Shown here piece by piece: positions 59,759 to 64,000 of a DNA stretch of 64,000 nt (position 1 is the stretch's first letter; every line of letters begins with the position of its first letter). The DNA is from Trichoplax sp. H2 (lineage: Eukaryota), in the NCBI GenBank assembly GCA_003344405.1, contig NOWV01000016.1, forward strand, positions 744,001 through 808,000, written 5' to 3'. The translations under genes and the position numbers were made by a program. Below the pieces are notes generated by a model. The model worked only from the letters and a program-made list of their open reading frames with translations. It had not been told where the DNA came from and made no database searches.

Positions 59759-62700
59759 ACATTGATAATAATTCAGTAAAATGTAAATAAAGTTCAGCAA
59801 AGTAAGATATGGCCTTATTAAATTAGCTTATCTTAGATACACTGCGATCCAAAATTGTAGGTTTTACTTCCCAAGTTTTTACTGTACTACATTATAAATT
59901 TACACTTAATCAATATTAGTATAACTGATATTGATTGCATACATTTCTAATGTCATTTTATCCACAAATAACAGTTTCACCAATTATTCTATTCAGTATT
60001 CCCAGATAAGTCTTTGGACCTTGAGTGATCATATCGAGCAATAAGACTATTTAAGCAGTATTTGTTAAAAATACTTTATGTTCTATTGTAACTTATTTAA
60101 ATTCACGAATTTTTTTATTTTCTAATTATATCCAATGCATTTTAAATGGTTACAAAGAGCCTTTGAACTTTAATCAAACTATTAACATAATGGATTGCAC
60201 CTGTACAGCTGTTCTTAGCTGTATATCTGAGTATACGAATGCTGTACAATGTCAACTTTGCAATTGTTTTGCCTCCTCGCTTCTCACTTTTAACTTGATA
60301 TGACAATGATATTCTATTGAACAGATGGCATCATCAAATTGATAGAAAGTATCAGTCACTAGACAGCAAATGGTACGGAAGTAAATAAAGCAGTAACCTT
60401 ACAAAAAAATATCGCATGGTACTTAAGTTTCTGAAAGTTGATCTTATCAAAGTTATTAATTTAATTAGTAAAATAATAAATTTTGTGACCTAAAGAGTTG
60501 TGATACTTTAGCTCTGCAGCATAGAAGTAGCCAATTACATGTTGATTTCATTTTAGCTTGAGTGTTGACCACAATTTTAGGCTTCATGCAATCGTGTAGA
60601 CTACTGTATTACACGTACAGTCGTGCAAGTATCGGAAGAGTATATGAAAAATCACGGTTTTATTTGATATTTATAAGAAATTGATGTATTACTTAGAATT
60701 ATTAGATATTTTATTAGGCTTTTCTAATAAATTCGTTCACAAAAGAAATGGATAGGGTACTTCTTTGGATATACGCATCTTTATTGTAAATGAGATCTAA
60801 ATACGTATATTCGTGCACTTAGAAGAATACTGTACGGCGATAGCTAATATTACTGTAGTAACTTTACCAGCTAATTAATTATTGCTTCAGGATTAATGCA
60901 GATAAAGAAATAGGTTCTTTCGTTATATTCTGACCATCAATTTATGGCAGCTTGGTTTGTATATTTTTTGTTTCATTTAAATACTATAAATATTCTGCTG
61001 AAATGGGTCTCGTAAAAGTTTTCTACATTTAACAATCTCCTATCTATTTGAGAAAATTTTATGCGATAACTTTCGATGCACGTCAGATATTACAATCATC
61101 GCTCAATGAATACTTAAATTACGTCATTTAACCTATTTATTTATTTTACCTTCAAATCTTATCCAGTAACTTCTGATCGTACTATATTATCAAAGTATCG
61201 CTCTTAGTATTTGAACTAACATATTTATTAGAGTCATACCATCACTTGTTTTAAATTGTACCTGGTAACTTCTCCACGTGTTGTGTATAACGATTACCAT
61301 CGATAAATAGTTTAACCTAATTTAATTACAAATATAATCTCACACTCAAATCCTGTCCAATAATTCACCATCATATCTGGTATAGCGGTCATTATGACAA
61401 ATAGCTTCACTACACTCTTTCCAGGAAATTCATATTACAGTAGAAGCGTAAAGTCTGAATTTAATAATAGTTGATTTCTAATAAAATTGACAATAATGAA
61501 TATCTGAATAAAAATGGGACTGTTTTCATCTTTTCATCATTTCATACAATACCTACAAAGGCTATAATTAATAGGAAATTAGAAATAATGGGCCGTGAAC
61601 TGAAATTCTAGTAATATCCGTTAGGCATATATTAAGAGGTAAAAAAAAATCTCCATTAGACTATGTGAGGTACTAAATGACAATAATTAGACTCGTATGG
61701 TTTTCATCCTTTCTTCTAATTTTCAGATATAGCAAAAAATGATGGGTATGACTAAATTCGATTAAAATGTGATAAATACCCGGTAAATTAATTTAAACTT
61801 TGCTCATTCCGTAATTAAGATTTTTATTAAATTGTAGTCATCTTTCTATGGCATTTAGTCTTGGGCACAGTGAATGACAATCTTCACATTGAAATAATCT
61901 TCTGTCTTGAGACTATCGTTGAAGTCGCTTCTCTGCCAGATTAGAGAGCTATTCAAGCGTAGTTCTGCGAAGAAAGGTTTGACTAAATAGATAGTATTTA
62001 TTATAGTGATAAAGTAAAGTTTTACTTACATGATGATCGTCCTAATAAAAAAGCAAAAATTTCTACCGTAGTAATAATAACAATACCATATTCTATCACT
62101 GTATTATTTGATAACAGATTAGAGGATCGATTATGTACAATTTTGTAAAGGATTGCTCACTTGATCAATGAGTTATATTCCATTACATATAACGGTGTGG
62201 AAGGTAATGTAAGACTTTGTTAGAGTAATGATCGTTTTCCTAGAGAATCGAAATTTCTGTCTTTAAGCCAATAGTAATACTTTATTCTGTCGTTATGCAA
62301 GTATTTAGCAGATCCAAGAACCGATTGTACGAATATATAATTGTATATACAGCCTTATGAGGGAATTTTAACTTTATCAATCCATCAGGACTCTACTTTT
62401 TATAACAGATCGAGCAATTGGTGCAAGAATTCATTTGTAGTAAATAGTGACCATCCTAATATTATTATAAATAGATTAGTTTTAACGATATTTTCTTGTA
62501 CATAAGCTATTAGTAATATCATATTCTATGGGTAGTATCATCATCATTATTATATTTAAAGAAATGGGTATCGGATCTTATCGGTATCATCTTATAATGG
62601 TTGCGCGAAAATTTCTAATAAGAAAATCACGTCTACTAGTGTTTAACTGTAAAACTGAGACTTGCTGATTGCAACTTTATCATTAAGGCTATGTAACTAA

Positions 62701-64000
62701 TCTGTCGTAGTGCATCATTCAGATGAAAAGAGATACAAAATAGACGACTACTTTTCATTTGCAGTAAATGGAATTAATATGGGTAAATTTCGTGGTGACG
62801 TTTATAATACGTGCGATAATAAAGACCAGAAAATGTTCACTACTGCGAGCTTATGAATGCCTTTAGCCTAAACAGCCTACTGTATAATAAATAGTCTATT
62901 ATCATCGTTATTACCTATTTCAGACGTATTTGTTCGACATGCCTTACTGATTTCAGGCCAAAATAACTATGAAGAAACTAGCTGATGTTTGCACGCCTAG
63001 CTGTACGCTATCAATACTAAATTTTGTCATATTTTCAGTATATCTCTGATCGCTAACGCTCAGTCATGACGGATAGGATGTAGACACCAACATATAAGAG
63101 CTCTCTTTGTATATTTTAAATCCTAACTTAATTTCCAATTCATTGCTAGATTTATATCAAGATTTAGGTATATTAATAATAATAAATAAATTATGCCAAT
63201 CAGTTGCTAATTCCATATAATCCTCTTTCGCAGTAAAATCTATTATAACAATCTGTGCCTCATTAGACAGCAGTTTATAGCTTCGATTTGTATGCTATGT
63301 TAATATTTGCTTCATTACGAATCAGTTGAAAATTTGAGGAATTATGTTATAAGCACAATCTGGTTAATGAGGCATACAATTTTTGTTTACTCTTAGTAAA
63401 ATAATGTAAATAGCATTTTAGGAATTTACTCAATTTTATTTATCTGGTCAAAAACAAGTAAATTACAAGCTTAATTATTAGAGTGTAATTCTATTAGTAT
63501 TGTCGTCGCAAATGGAATCAAATTACAAACTTTACTAGAGGGGATATTAATTGAATAAAATCCTAAAACAGATCTATCGGTATTCTCATCAAACAATGGA
63601 ATTACAACCTTGATGAAAAAAATTCCCAAAATGGGTCTGTAAGCATTATCATCTTCTCCAAGAGAATCCAGTTGGAAACTCGATACAAAGCCGGGTATCA
63701 ACTACTAAATATCTAAATTGGATCTGAAGAAATTATAATCTTCTTACCAAGAATCGAGTTGTAAACTAGGCGGTAGAAGATGTCGAACTGAGTAAATTTC
63801 TAAAATAAATCTACAAGAATTACCATCTTCTCAAGAGGAATAGTAATACAAGGATCTCATAAGGAATTCAATTTAGGCTTAACGGGACCATGACTCAGTA
63901 CAGCCCTTGTTACACTTTCTAGTTTATCGTAACAATAATTTAATAGTCCAGTAGGGCTTGAGTACTGAACAATCACGAGTCCAATAGAGCTTAAGTACCG

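Noticed and set aside
60200-63710. Exon-like fragments and the 76-aa ORF at 63471-63701
   Set aside because: Frames are interrupted by stops and no consistent gene model could be built; a gene here cannot be excluded.

Overview
AT-rich eukaryotic (animal) genomic DNA with compact genes and short GT-AG introns. The gene content and style suggest an early-branching metazoan such as the placozoan Trichoplax (inference, not proven). Splicing by hand supports eight protein-coding genes: the 3' part of an AXDND1-like gene (+); a secreted MAM + ROR-type Frizzled CRD + RGM-N-like protein (-); an intronless ependymin-related gene (+); TBC1D13 (-); a carnitine/choline acyltransferase-family gene (+); an unrecognised low-complexity gene (-); a Ca2+-binding mitochondrial carrier, SCaMC (-); and a transcobalamin/intrinsic-factor-like cobalamin-binding protein (+). 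Non-coding DNA holds several tandem arrays, small inverted repeats and a 20-N assembly gap. Three observations stand out. (1) The MAM-Fz-RGM-N secreted architecture, whose last exon is absent from the ORF track. (2) Widespread TACAGTA/TACTGTA motifs resembling Tc1/mariner excision footprints, one of them visible as a clean 5-bp insertion in a single tandem-repeat copy. (3) Two apparent haplotypes on either side of the gap that differ by a 943-bp indel. Family assignments rest on motif recognition from memory, not on database searches.
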